NCBI GenBank assembly: GCA_032249695.1
Contig: JAVVHE010000012.1
Location: forward strand, 14,647 to 78,646
Source of the DNA: Sphingomonadaceae bacterium
GTDB taxonomy: Bacteria; Pseudomonadota; Alphaproteobacteria; Sphingomonadales; Sphingomonadaceae
Length of the DNA stretch: 64,000 nt
Direction: 5' to 3'
Positions 8,291 through 17,085 of the stretch are shown piece after piece. Position numbers and translations under genes: made by a program. The notes under the pieces are model-generated. The model made no database searches. It was not told the origin of the DNA and worked only from the letters and a program-made list of their open reading frames with translations. How positions within the stretch are numbered: the first letter of the stretch is position 1; each line of letters starts with the position of its first letter.

Positions 8291-8335
8291 AATTACTTGC
8301 CACTGCCTCAGCGGCTGACCCAGTGGCAGATAATT
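8291..8335. repeat. 15-bp inverted repeat AATTACTTGCCACTG / CAGTGGCAGATAATT (15-nt spacer)
   Basis: 13 of 15 positions are complementary. A third core copy, AATTGCCACT, lies at 8424-8433. Confidence 0.6.
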
Positions 8336-8469
8336 CAGTCTTTACGATGATGATTGGAAGTTTCACAGGGGTTTACGTCCCGGTTTGTCCCACCTCGGCC
8401 CACCCCATCCCGGCCCCCTATTTAATTGCCACTCACACAGGCGACCGTCCGAAAGCCGGGGACAAGCGC

Positions 8470-8543
8470 TGGAGGCCCGAGCCGGAATCGAACCGGCGTG
8501 CACGGATTTGCAGTCCGCTGCGTCACCACTCCGCCATCGGGCC
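8470..8543 (-). tRNA. tRNA-Cys (anticodon GCA)
   Basis: The reverse complement is GGCCCGATGGCGGAGTGGTGACGCAGCGGACTGCAAATCCGTGCACGCCGGTTCGATTCCGGCTCGGGCCTCCA. It has a 7-bp acceptor stem (GGCCCGA/TCGGGCC), a T-arm (GCCGG-TTCGATT-CCGGC), an anticodon loop (CT-GCA-AA) and an encoded CCA. Confidence 0.9.
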
Positions 8544-8687
8544 GGGGAGCTTGTCTGCGGTGCTCCAAGTGCGGCCCGGGCCGCGCGCTGTCAACCGGCG
8601 CGGCGGGCGCTGGACAGCGGCGGCGCGCTCGGCCATTGGCGGGCGCCCAAGCTGACAGTTCTGTAATCCCACCCGGACGGAGACCGC

Positions 8688-9626
8688 ATGGCCTCGGGCC
8701 TTCTCGCCTTGCTGGATGACGTGGCCGCGATCGCCAAGCTTTCGGCCGTCAGCCTGGACGACGTCGCCGCGCAGACGCTGAAGGCCAGCGCCAAGGCGGC
8801 GGGCGTGGTGATCGACGACACGGCGGTGACGCCAGCTTATGTGACGAGCCTAAGCCCCAAGCGCGAGCTGCCGATCATCGGCAAGATCGCGCTCGGCTCG
8901 CTGCGGAACAAACTGCTGATCCTGCTGCCGGCGAGCCTGGTCTTGTCGGCATTCGCACCCTGGGCGATCCCGCCGCTGCTGCTGGTGGGCGGGCTGTATC
9001 TGTGTTTCGAAGGCGCCGAGAAGCTCGCCGAAGCGATCAGCCAGCACGAGCATGGCGCGACGTCGGCGGCCGAGGGCAGTGCGGCGGAGATCGAGCGGGC
9101 GCGGGTCAAGGGCGCGATCCAGACCGACCTGATCCTGTCGGCGGAAATCATGGTCATCGCGCTCAACACGCTGACCGCGCCCTCGCTGCTGGAGCGCGCG
9201 CTGGTGCTGACCGCGGTGGCGGTGGCGATCACCGCTGCGGTCTACGGCGTGGTCGCGCTGATCGTGAAGGCGGACGACGTCGGCGTGTCGCTGGCGCGGC
9301 CCGCGCGACCGGGCTGGGTGCGGGCGATCGGGCGCGGGCTGGTGACGGGGACGCCGCGGATCCTGTCGACGCTCGCTGCGCTGGGGACGGCGGCCATGCT
9401 GTGGGTGGGCGGCGGCATCGTGCTGCACAGCGCCGCTCAGCTGGGCCTCGCAGCGCCCGAGGAGGTGGTCGGCCACGCAGCGCACGGCGTGGCTGCGCTC
9501 GCAGTCCCGGCGCTGGAGGGCGCGGTCGAGTGGCTGGCGCACGCTGTGCTCGCCGGGCTGATCGGGGCGGTGCTGGGCTGGGCGATCGTGCTCGGTTTGC
9601 GGCTGGTGAAGCCGGGCGCGCACTAG
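8688..9626 (+). CDS. DUF808 (YedI-like) inner-membrane protein
   Basis: The N-terminus MASGLLALLDDVAAIAKLSAVSLDDVAAQT... and multiple TM helices are typical of DUF808. Confidence 0.75.
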   Translation: MASGLLALLDDVAAIAKLSAVSLDDVAAQTLKASAKAAGVVIDDTAVTPAYVTSLSPKRELPIIGKIALGSLRNKLLILLPASLVLSAFAPWAIPPLLLVGGLYLCFEGAEKLAEAISQHEHGATSAAEGSAAEIERARVKGAIQTDLILSAEIMVIALNTLTAPSLLERALVLTAVAVAITAAVYGVVALIVKADDVGVSLARPARPGWVRAIGRGLVTGTPRILSTLAALGTAAMLWVGGGIVLHSAAQLGLAAPEEVVGHAAHGVAALAVPALEGAVEWLAHAVLAGLIGAVLGWAIVLGLRLVKPGAH

Positions 9627-9694
9627 CCGCCACGTTCCCCCTGTGTTCCGGGCAGCCGATCTGGTAAGGGCGGCCGGGATTTGGGAGCGGGCGC

Positions 9695-11194
9695 GTGACG
9701 ACGATCGAACTGGTGCTGGCGGCCTTGGGCGCGCTCAACCTGCTGGCGGTGATCGCGCTGCTGGCGCGGCCCGCCCGCGGCGGCGAGGCAGAACTGCGCG
9801 CGCTCGCGGCCGACCTCGCAGCCGCGCGCGAATTGCAGCGCGACGGGTTCGCCCGGCTGGAGACGGCGCTGGGCGAGGCGGGGCGCGGACTGCGGCAGGA
9901 GGTGGGCGATCGCATCGGCCAGCTTGGCAGCGATCTGCGCGACGCACAGGCCGACGCGGCGCGCGCGCAGGGCGAGCGGCTGGACGGGTTTGCCGAGCAG
10001 ATGGCCGCGGCGCGTGCTGGATCGGATCAGGCAGCCAAGGCGCTGCGCGAGGAGGTGCAGGCGACGCTCGGCCGGTTGGGCGAGGCGCTGAAGGCGGACC
10101 TCGGAGCCGCGGCGCGGGCGCAGGGCGAACGGCTGACCGAGCTCGCGGGCGTGGTGCGGCAGGCAACCGAGAGCGCGGCCAAGGCCCAGGAGGGGCTGCG
10201 CGGCTCGGTCGAGCAGCGGCTGGACGCGGTGCGCGAGACGATCGAGCAGCGGCTGGACGCGGTCCGGACCGAGAATGCCGAGAAGCTGGAAGCGATGCGC
10301 GCGACGGTTGACGAGAAGCTGCAGGGGACGCTGGAGCAGCGGCTGGGCGCGAGCTTCAATCAGGTCAATGAGAACCTGCAGCGCGTGTTTCAGTCGGTCG
10401 GCGAGATGCAGCAGCTGGCGACCGGCGTCGGCGACCTGAAGCGCGTGCTGACGAACGTGAAGTCGCGCGGCACGTGGGGCGAGACGACGCTCGGCACGCT
10501 GATCGAACAGTCGCTGACGCCCGATCAGTTCCGAATGAACGTCGAGGTCGTGCCCGGAGCGGGGGCGCGAGTGGAGTACGCGATCAGATTGCCCGGCGAT
10601 GCGGCGGACGCACCGGTGTGGCTGCCGATCGACTGCAAGCTGCCGACCGAGGATTATGAGCGGCTGATGCAGGCGGCCGAGCGCGCCGACGCGCCCGGCG
10701 TGGAGCAGGCGGGCGACGCGCTTGAGCGGCGGATCCGGGCGTGCGCGAAGGACATTAGCGAAAAATACGTCCAACCGCCGCACACGACCGATTTCGCTGT
10801 CATGTTTCTGCCGACCGAAGGCCTGTTCGCCGAGGTGGTGCGACGGCCGGGTCTGGTCGATTCGATCCAGAGCGGGTGCCGCGTGATCGTGGCTGGGCCG
10901 ACGACGCTGATGGCTCTGCTCTCGTCGCTGAGGATGGGGTTCCGGACGCTCGCGATCCAGAAGCGATCGAGCGAGGTCTGGCAGGTGCTTGGGGCGGTGA
11001 AGACCGAGTTCGGCAAGTTCGGGGGCGTGCTGGAGAAGGTCGGCAAGAAGCTGTCGGAGGCGCAGAATGTCGTCGAGGACGCATCGCGCCGCAGCCGGGC
11101 GGTGGACCGCAAGCTTCGCGGCGTCGAAGCGCTGCCCGAAGCCGACGCGGCGCCGCTGCTGGCGGTCGCCGAGCTGGTGGAGTTGGACGAGTAG
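9695..11194 (+). CDS. rmuC: DNA recombination protein RmuC
   Basis: N-terminal TM helix, a long coiled coil, then the RmuC core (...KSRGTWGETTLGTLIEQSL...DFAVMFLPTEGLFAEV...IVAGPTTLMALL...). Confidence 0.85.
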   Translation: MTTIELVLAALGALNLLAVIALLARPARGGEAELRALAADLAAARELQRDGFARLETALGEAGRGLRQEVGDRIGQLGSDLRDAQADAARAQGERLDGFAEQMAAARAGSDQAAKALREEVQATLGRLGEALKADLGAAARAQGERLTELAGVVRQATESAAKAQEGLRGSVEQRLDAVRETIEQRLDAVRTENAEKLEAMRATVDEKLQGTLEQRLGASFNQVNENLQRVFQSVGEMQQLATGVGDLKRVLTNVKSRGTWGETTLGTLIEQSLTPDQFRMNVEVVPGAGARVEYAIRLPGDAADAPVWLPIDCKLPTEDYERLMQAAERADAPGVEQAGDALERRIRACAKDISEKYVQPPHTTDFAVMFLPTEGLFAEVVRRPGLVDSIQSGCRVIVAGPTTLMALLSSLRMGFRTLAIQKRSSEVWQVLGAVKTEFGKFGGVLEKVGKKLSEAQNVVEDASRRSRAVDRKLRGVEALPEADAAPLLAVAELVELDE

Positions 11195-11348
11195 GGCGCG
11201 TGCGGCCCGTCGGGCGCAGCGGTTCCGCCGAGGGAGCCGGCCATGCCGAACCCGGTCCGGCACCGCGTCCCTACGGTTGGGCCGCGCGGGCAGACTGGCG
11301 GCCGTGGGGGCGCTTCAGGAAGCGGGGGCGGTCCCGAAGCGGTCCCCC

Positions 11349-11690
11349 TTACTCGTACTCCGGGCCGAGATTCTGATTGCGCGGGGGCTGGGCGGCGGTG
11401 AGGCGCAGCGCCTCGGCGGCCTGGTGCAGGTTGCCGTGGCTGTCGGGCGCATCGTCGTCGGGGACGAGCACGCGCTGCAGCGAGGCGACGAGCGTCTCCT
11501 TCAGCGAATCGGGCGCAACGGTGCGCTCGGCGATCTCGCGCAGCGCGACGACCGGGTTCTTGTCGCGGTCCCGGTCGACGGTCAGCTCGGCACCGCTTGA
11601 AATCTGGCGTGCCCGCTGGGCGGCCAACAGCACGAGATCGAAGCGGTTCGGAACCTTGTCGACGCAATCTTCTACGGTGACGCGCGCCAT
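11349..11690 (-). CDS. rpoZ: DNA-directed RNA polymerase omega subunit
   Basis: [38 protein letters not shown]... is the canonical RpoZ N-terminus. Confidence 0.9.
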   Translation of the reverse strand: MARVTVEDCVDKVPNRFDLVLLAAQRARQISSGAELTVDRDRDKNPVVALREIAERTVAPDSLKETLVASLQRVLVPDDDAPDSHGNLHQAAEALRLTAAQPPRNQNLGPEYE

Positions 11691-11809
11691 CCGGGGGCAG
11701 TCCTCGGCAAAATGTCAGGGAGTGGAGGGCGCTAGCACCGGTCTCGCCAAACCGCAACCGAAGCTTGCATGTGCCATCGGCGCGGTGCACAGGCCGCGCT
11801 GGGTCGGGC

Positions 11810-13231
11810 ATGGTGGGTGTGGTCGAGCAGCTCAGATCGACGTTGGAACTTCCGTATCGGAGGTTTCTGGAAGATCTGCCGTGCCTGGTGTTCGTGTCAC
11901 AGGAGCCGGTGGGCAATATTTTCGTCAATGCCCGCTTTTGCAGCTACACCGGGCTCACCGAGGACGAGCTGTCCGGCCATCGCTGGCTGAAAGCGCTGCA
12001 TCCAAGCGACTTGAAGGTCTTCCGGCCAAACTCTGGCGACGACGCGAATGACGGCGGCGCGTTCGAAGCTGAATACCGGCTGCGCACGGCGGATGGTGCG
12101 TGGCGCTGGCAGCTGGCGCGCGGCGTCCCGCTCGATGCCGGGCCCGGCCAGCCGCCGTATTTTCTGGGTGCGATCACCGACATTCACGACCAGAAGATGG
12201 CGCAGTTCGCAGCCGCCGAGCGCGAGCTGGTGCTGCGGCTGGCGCAGGACGCGGCGGGCGTCGGGATGTTCGATTGGGATCTGCTGACCGACGAGCTGCG
12301 CTGGGACGGCGTATGCAAGCGCGTGTTCGGCCTGGCGCCCGACGATCCGGTGACGATCGAACGCTTTTACGAGCTGCTGCACCCGGACGACCGGTCCTGG
12401 GTTGGGCAGGTGATCGCCCGCGCGCTCGATCCGGATACGCCCGACGACGGCTACAGCGTCGCGTATCGCGCGGTGCTGCCCAGCGGCTCGGTGCGCTGGA
12501 TCGATGCGCGCGGACGGGTGATGTTCGAGCCGACGGAAGTTGGGCGGCGCGCGTTCAGGTTCCTCGGCGCGGCGGTCGACGTCACCGAGAGCCGGGAGAC
12601 GCAGCGCGATCTCGCCGACGCGCTCGCAGCGCGCGACCTCTTGCTGACCGAGGTCAACCATCGGATCAAGAACAGCCTGCAGATCGTGGCTGCGCTCATC
12701 AGCCTGAGCGCCGGGCGCTTGAGCGAGGGGGAGGGGAAGCGCGCGCTGACGCAGGCGCAGAACCGCATCGCGGTGATCGCAGCGATCCACGAGCGGCTGT
12801 ATCAGACCGGGCGCCACGGCGAGCTCGATTTCGGGCCGTTCGCGCGCGAGCTGCTGAGCGACGCGCTGCGCTCCTCGGGCGTCGAGCCCGACGCGGTGCT
12901 GGAGTTCACCGCGCACGGCGACCTGACGCTTGAAATGGCGCGCGCGGTGCCGCTCGCAATCGTGCTGAACGAGCTTGCGACGAACGCCGTCAAATATGCC
13001 TGGGAGAGCGGAGGCGAGCGGCTGCGCGTGGCGATCGAACGGCATGAGCGCGCGATGGTGCTGACGCTATCGGATGACGGCGCGGGGCTGCCCGACGGGT
13101 TTCAGATCGGCAAGAGCGCCGGGTTCGGCCTGCGCGTCGCAAACGCACTGGTGAAGCAGCTGGGCGGGCGGATCGAACCGACCAGCGGCGCTCAGGGTGC
13201 AACGTTTCGGATTACAGTCCCGCTCGGCTGA
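11810..13231 (+). CDS. PAS-domain sensor histidine kinase, HisKA_2/HWE class
   Basis: Two PAS-like repeats (WRWQLARG..., VRWIDARG...), the H-box LLTEVNHRIKNSLQIVAALISL and a HATPase_c region. The start is uncertain (TTG 11765 or ATG 11810). Confidence 0.8.
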   Translation: MVGVVEQLRSTLELPYRRFLEDLPCLVFVSQEPVGNIFVNARFCSYTGLTEDELSGHRWLKALHPSDLKVFRPNSGDDANDGGAFEAEYRLRTADGAWRWQLARGVPLDAGPGQPPYFLGAITDIHDQKMAQFAAAERELVLRLAQDAAGVGMFDWDLLTDELRWDGVCKRVFGLAPDDPVTIERFYELLHPDDRSWVGQVIARALDPDTPDDGYSVAYRAVLPSGSVRWIDARGRVMFEPTEVGRRAFRFLGAAVDVTESRETQRDLADALAARDLLLTEVNHRIKNSLQIVAALISLSAGRLSEGEGKRALTQAQNRIAVIAAIHERLYQTGRHGELDFGPFARELLSDALRSSGVEPDAVLEFTAHGDLTLEMARAVPLAIVLNELATNAVKYAWESGGERLRVAIERHERAMVLTLSDDGAGLPDGFQIGKSAGFGLRVANALVKQLGGRIEPTSGAQGATFRITVPLG

Positions 13232-13238
13232 GGGGGCA

Positions 13239-13946
13239 TCAGCTCCGGGCGGGCAGGCGCACGGCCTCGCCCATGAACGTCACCGGGCCAGTCGGGGTCG
13301 GCTTGGGGCTGCCGCCTTCGGGCTCGACCGAGATCGCGAACTTGGCGCCGGGCACCGCCTCGCCGGGGTTCAGGTGGAAGCGCGCGGCCTGTGTCGCGCT
13401 CAGCAGGCCGAGGCTGCGTGGCGGCGCGGTGCCGACGATCGTCCATAGCTCGAGGCTGCGGCCCTTGGGGCTGGGCAGGCCGACGGGCTGTGCGAACACT
13501 TCGCCGGTTTTCTCGTCGATCGTCAGCAGCAGTCCGGTCTTCGCTCCGGTCTCGGCCAGGCTGGCCACCGTCAGCGGCTGCGCCTTCGCCGCGACCTGGA
13601 CGACGCGCGGCTGCTGCGGCTCCGGCTGTGGACGGATCACGATGATGGCAGCGAAGGCTGCAGCCATCGCCGAGGTGGTCAGCATCAGCCCTCGCCACAC
13701 TTTCGGAACCTGGCCGGGGCTAGAGGGACCGCCATCGAGCCGGCGATTGATCCGCTTCCAGACAAGATCGGACGGCGGGATCGGAACCGCGGAGGTCAGC
13801 AGGCCCGACAGCCGCTGTTCCCAGGCGCGCACCTCGGCGGCGAAGGCGGGGTCGGCGGCGGCGCGGGCGGCGGCTGCGGCACGCTCGGCCATCGGCAACG
13901 TGCCGATGACGAGCTCACCCGCAAGCGCGACCGAGTCAGCGTCCAT
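13239..13946 (-). CDS. Anti-sigma factor (RskA / anti-sigma-K family-like), single TM
   Basis: Internal ATG overlapping the sigma stop (TGATG at 13944-13948). It has an N-terminal anti-sigma helix region, a central TM helix and a C-terminal ...LELWTIVGTAPPRSLGLL... region. Confidence 0.7.
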   Translation of the reverse strand: MDADSVALAGELVIGTLPMAERAAAAARAAADPAFAAEVRAWEQRLSGLLTSAVPIPPSDLVWKRINRRLDGGPSSPGQVPKVWRGLMLTTSAMAAAFAAIIVIRPQPEPQQPRVVQVAAKAQPLTVASLAETGAKTGLLLTIDEKTGEVFAQPVGLPSPKGRSLELWTIVGTAPPRSLGLLSATQAARFHLNPGEAVPGAKFAISVEPEGGSPKPTPTGPVTFMGEAVRLPARS

Positions 13947-14491
13947 CACACAGCCTCCCCATCGACGCAGGCTTTGAGCGCGACGAGCGCGCGGCTGATC
14001 CAACTTTTGATCGTCCCGGTCGGGCGGCCGAAGCGCGCGGCGAGATCATCGCGCGACCAGCCTTCGACATAGGCGAGCATGACACACTGTCGCGGCTCCT
14101 CGCCGAGCTCGCCGAGGCAGCGGTCGAGCGTCTCGCGCTCGGCGAGCCAGTCGCTGCCGTGGCCCTCGGTCGGTTCGGGCAGCTTGAGGTCTGCGGACGA
14201 GCGGGTGCGCTTGACCGAGGCCAGACGCACGCGATCGATCGCACGGTTGCGCGCGGTCGCAGCCATCCACGCCAGCGCTGGGCCGCGGGTTGCATCATAG
14301 GTGGGCGCCGCGGCCCAGATACGCACATAGACATCTTGAAGCACATCCTCGGCTTCGACCGGATCGCTTACTATACGACGGACCACGCCCAACAGTTTCG
14401 GAGCGCTGACACGGTAGAGCTGCGCGAAAGCAGCGCGGTCGCCGGTGCCTGTCAATGCGAGCAAACGCGTAGGTTCGTCGATGGCGCTCAT
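13946..14491 (-). CDS. ECF-type RNA polymerase sigma-70 family factor
   Basis: Region 2 (...DVLQDVYVRIWAAA...WMAATARNRAIDRVR) and region 4 (...EGWSRDDLAARFGRPTGTIKSWISRAL...). Confidence 0.85.
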   Translation of the reverse strand: MSAIDEPTRLLALTGTGDRAAFAQLYRVSAPKLLGVVRRIVSDPVEAEDVLQDVYVRIWAAAPTYDATRGPALAWMAATARNRAIDRVRLASVKRTRSSADLKLPEPTEGHGSDWLAERETLDRCLGELGEEPRQCVMLAYVEGWSRDDLAARFGRPTGTIKSWISRALVALKACVDGEAV

Positions 14492-14958
14492 GCCTGCAAC
14501 ACGTGCCGGAACTCGTCGAGGATTGCGCGGTAAAGATCGCGCTTGAAGGGGACGATGATGCCCGGCAGTTCGTCCGGATCGGCCCAGCGCCAGGCGCGGA
14601 ACTCAGGCTCGGCGGTGTCGATATGGATATCGCTGTCGACACCGGTGAAGCGCATCGCGAACCATTTCTGCCGCTGCCCGCGCCACCGGCCGCGCCACAG
14701 CTTACCGATCAGCTCATCGGGCAGATCGTAGGTCAGCCACTCGCGACTTTCGGCGACAATCTGGGCGGCGTCGGTGCCGGTTTCCTCGGCCAGCTCGCGC
14801 CACGCCGCCTGTTCGGGCGTCTCGCCGGCGTCAATGCCGCCCTGCGGCATCTGCCATGCCTCCAGCGTGCTATCGATGCGCTGGCCGACGAACACGCGAT
14901 TGTCCGCCGACAACAGCATCACTCCCACGCCGGGACGATATGGCAAATCCCCTGTCAC
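14488..14958 (-). CDS. rppH: RNA pyrophosphohydrolase (NUDIX)
   Basis: YRPGVGVMLL...WQMPQGGIDAGETPEQAAWRELAEETG carries the Nudix box, and the C-terminal region is RppH-like. Confidence 0.85.
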   Translation of the reverse strand: MTGDLPYRPGVGVMLLSADNRVFVGQRIDSTLEAWQMPQGGIDAGETPEQAAWRELAEETGTDAAQIVAESREWLTYDLPDELIGKLWRGRWRGQRQKWFAMRFTGVDSDIHIDTAEPEFRAWRWADPDELPGIIVPFKRDLYRAILDEFRHVLQA

Positions 14959-15052
14959 CCGGCGCTAGGCATAAGCCGGCTGGCGGGCGCCGCCAAGTCC
15001 CGGCGTGAACAGACCAAGAACTCAATCCGGGACGGATGCAACTTTCGTAACT

Positions 15053-15087
15053 ACCCATAGTTTCCCTTGCTGTACCATGGTTTCCCA
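15053..15087. promoter_or_regulatory. Four 10-bp-phased MraZ-box-like repeats (minus-strand reading TGGGA, TGGTA, AGGGA, TGGGT)
   Basis: ACCCA 15053-57, TCCCT 15063-67, TACCA 15073-77 and TCCCA 15083-87 have exact 10-bp spacing and end 90 bp upstream of the mraZ start. Confidence 0.5.
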
Positions 15088-15176
15088 TGTAGACCCGCGA
15101 GTGAGAGGGCTGACACCCGCGCCGGCATTCCAAGCGCGCCCGCCGGAACCGGGCAGAACGGCTCGTCTCCGGAGCG

Positions 15177-15641
15177 TTGGTGAGCAGTTTTTACAACGGC
15201 CTCGCCCTCAATGGGGTGGATGCGAAGAACCGGGTCTCGGTACCCGCGGACTTCCGCGCGGCCGCGCAGAACCGCTCGGGCGCCGCCGCGGTCTTCCTTG
15301 CGCCGCATGCGACGCTTCCCTGCGTCATCGGCTATGACGAAAGCTATCTCGCCACCTTCGCCGAGCGGATCGAGCAGAAATACCCCGACAGCTTCGACGA
15401 GGCGCGCGACGACCTGATCCGCGATTTCTACTCAGCGTCGGAGAAGGCCAGTCCCGACGAGAACGGCCGCATCGTTCTGATCGCAGCATTCAAGGACCAC
15501 GCGCGGATCAATCGGCAAGCACTGTTTCTCGGCGCGCTCGACAAGTTTGAGCTGTGGGATCCGGCAGTGTTCCTCGAGCTGAAGGGTGGCTCAACTGCTG
15601 CGCGGCGCGTGCAGGCCCTGTTGAAAGGGCGCACGGCATGA
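15177..15641 (+). CDS. mraZ: Transcriptional regulator MraZ
   Basis: Two SpoVT/AbrB-like halves (...DAKNRVSVPADFR... and ...DENGRIVLIAAFKDHA...). It is the first gene of the dcw cluster. The start is TTG 15177 or GTG 15180, after GGAG. Confidence 0.9.
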   Translation: MVSSFYNGLALNGVDAKNRVSVPADFRAAAQNRSGAAAVFLAPHATLPCVIGYDESYLATFAERIEQKYPDSFDEARDDLIRDFYSASEKASPDENGRIVLIAAFKDHARINRQALFLGALDKFELWDPAVFLELKGGSTAARRVQALLKGRTA

Positions 15642-16564
15642 ACGGGCAACACATCCCGGTGCTGCTAGCCGAAACGATGTCGGCACTCGCGCTCAAAGCT
15701 GGGGACATCTTCGTCGACGGCACGTACGGTGGTGGCAGCTATACTGCGGCGGCATTAACGGCAGACATCGCTGCCGCCTACGCCTTCGATCGTGACCCTG
15801 CCGCGCTGAGCCGCGGGCCCGACGACGCGCGGCTGACGAAGATCCTGGGCGAGTTCAGCCGCATGGACGAGGCGCTCGCGCAACGCGGCGTGACTCAGGT
15901 CGACGCGCTCGCGCTCGATATCGGCGTGTCCTCGTTCCAGCTCGACGAGGCCGAGCGCGGTTTCTCGTTTAAGGCCGACGGGCCGCTCGACATGCGGATG
16001 GGAAACGATGGGCAGTGCGCGGCCGACTTCGTCAACAGCGCGAGCGAGGCCGAGATCGCCACCGTGCTGCGCGAGTTGGGCGAGGAGAGAAACGCCGGCC
16101 GTGTCGCTCGCGCGATCGTCGCCGCGCGCCCGCTGGCGCGCACGGGCGAGCTCGCAGCCGTGGTGCGGCGGGCGCTGGGTCACCATCCGGGCATGCCGAA
16201 GGATCCCGCGACGCGCACCTTTCAGGCCATCCGCATCCACGTGAACGACGAGCTGGGCGAGCTTCAGCGCGGGCTGCGCGCCGCCGAGCGCGTGCTGCGC
16301 CCGGGCGGGCGCATCGCGGTGGTGACGTTCCACAGCCTCGAAGACCGGATCGTGAAGCAGTTCCTGCGCGCCCGCGCGGGGCTCGACCGCTCGGTCAGCC
16401 GCCACTTGCCTGAGGCCGCTCATGGCCCTGCCCCTACGTTCGAGCCCCCGGCGAAGCCCGTCCGCCCGGGTGACGCCGAACTCGCTCGCAACCCCCGGTC
16501 CCGCTCGGCAACGCTCCGGGCAGCGCGCCGGACCGCAGCTCCCGCCTGGAAGGATGCCGCCTGA
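15638..16564 (+). CDS. rsmH: 16S rRNA (cytosine1402-N4)-methyltransferase
   Basis: The internal ATG overlaps the mraZ stop (ATGA). Motifs include MNGQHIPVLLAE...DGTYGGGSY...LDIGVSSFQLD...FHSLEDRIVK. Confidence 0.9.
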   Translation: MNGQHIPVLLAETMSALALKAGDIFVDGTYGGGSYTAAALTADIAAAYAFDRDPAALSRGPDDARLTKILGEFSRMDEALAQRGVTQVDALALDIGVSSFQLDEAERGFSFKADGPLDMRMGNDGQCAADFVNSASEAEIATVLRELGEERNAGRVARAIVAARPLARTGELAAVVRRALGHHPGMPKDPATRTFQAIRIHVNDELGELQRGLRAAERVLRPGGRIAVVTFHSLEDRIVKQFLRARAGLDRSVSRHLPEAAHGPAPTFEPPAKPVRPGDAELARNPRSRSATLRAARRTAAPAWKDAA

Positions 16565-17085
16565 TGCGGAAGCATTTCACCTCGATCGGCCTGATCGCAG
16601 TGGCGATGGCGGCCGCGCTCGCCTTCTATATGGTCAACCTGAAGGTTTCGGCCGAGCGTGAGCATGTGGAGCGGCTGCGTGCCGACATCGCGCGCGATAC
16701 GGCGGACATCTACGCGCTCCAGACCGAGCTGCACGCGCGGGCGCCGATGCCCGAGCTGCAACGGTGGAACGACGTCAGCTTGCGGCTGGAGGCGCCGCGT
16801 GCGCAGCAGCTGCTGGGCAGCCCCGTCCAGCTGGCCGCCCTGCACCTGCCTCCGGCAGCCGGGGCTGCTTCGGGCAGCGCGGCGCCGGCAGCGGCAGCCG
16901 CGACGGCCGATCCGATTCCCTCAACAAAGCCGACGGTTGCCGTGATCACTACCGCTCCGGGGCAGCTCCCGCTGCAGCGCGCGGCGGGGCGGACGACGAT
17001 GCTCGCGGCAGCGCAGCTCAACTCGCTCGCAGCGCAGGCGCGCGCCGAAAGCGCGGCAGCCGCCGCCGAGGCGCTCGCCCGGTGA
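16564..17085 (+). CDS. ftsL: Cell division protein FtsL-like (single TM plus coiled coil, Ala-rich tail)
   Basis: Positioned between rsmH and ftsI. TGATG overlaps upstream and GTGA overlaps downstream. The TM helix is IGLIAVAMAAALAFYMV. Confidence 0.7.
   Translation: MRKHFTSIGLIAVAMAAALAFYMVNLKVSAEREHVERLRADIARDTADIYALQTELHARAPMPELQRWNDVSLRLEAPRAQQLLGSPVQLAALHLPPAAGAASGSAAPAAAAATADPIPSTKPTVAVITTAPGQLPLQRAAGRTTMLAAAQLNSLAAQARAESAAAAAEALAR

Larger units (their letters stand above)
1..8469. mobile_element. Degraded Mu-like prophage / island segment bordering tRNA-Cys (left border outside the window)
   Basis: Phage packaging genes, frame disruptions, a truncated methylase gene and a lower-GC non-coding tract are present. 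The region ends exactly at the 3' end of a tRNA gene. Confidence 0.6.

Noticed and set aside
8323-8719. Plus-strand ORFs 8323..8655, 8385..8666 and 8426..8719
   Set aside because: They run straight across the tRNA-Cys gene and its flanks, so they are spurious.
15005-15337. 110-aa ORF upstream of and overlapping mraZ
   Set aside because: It has low GC3, overlaps the mraZ promoter/operator region and runs out of frame with mraZ, so it is not coding.
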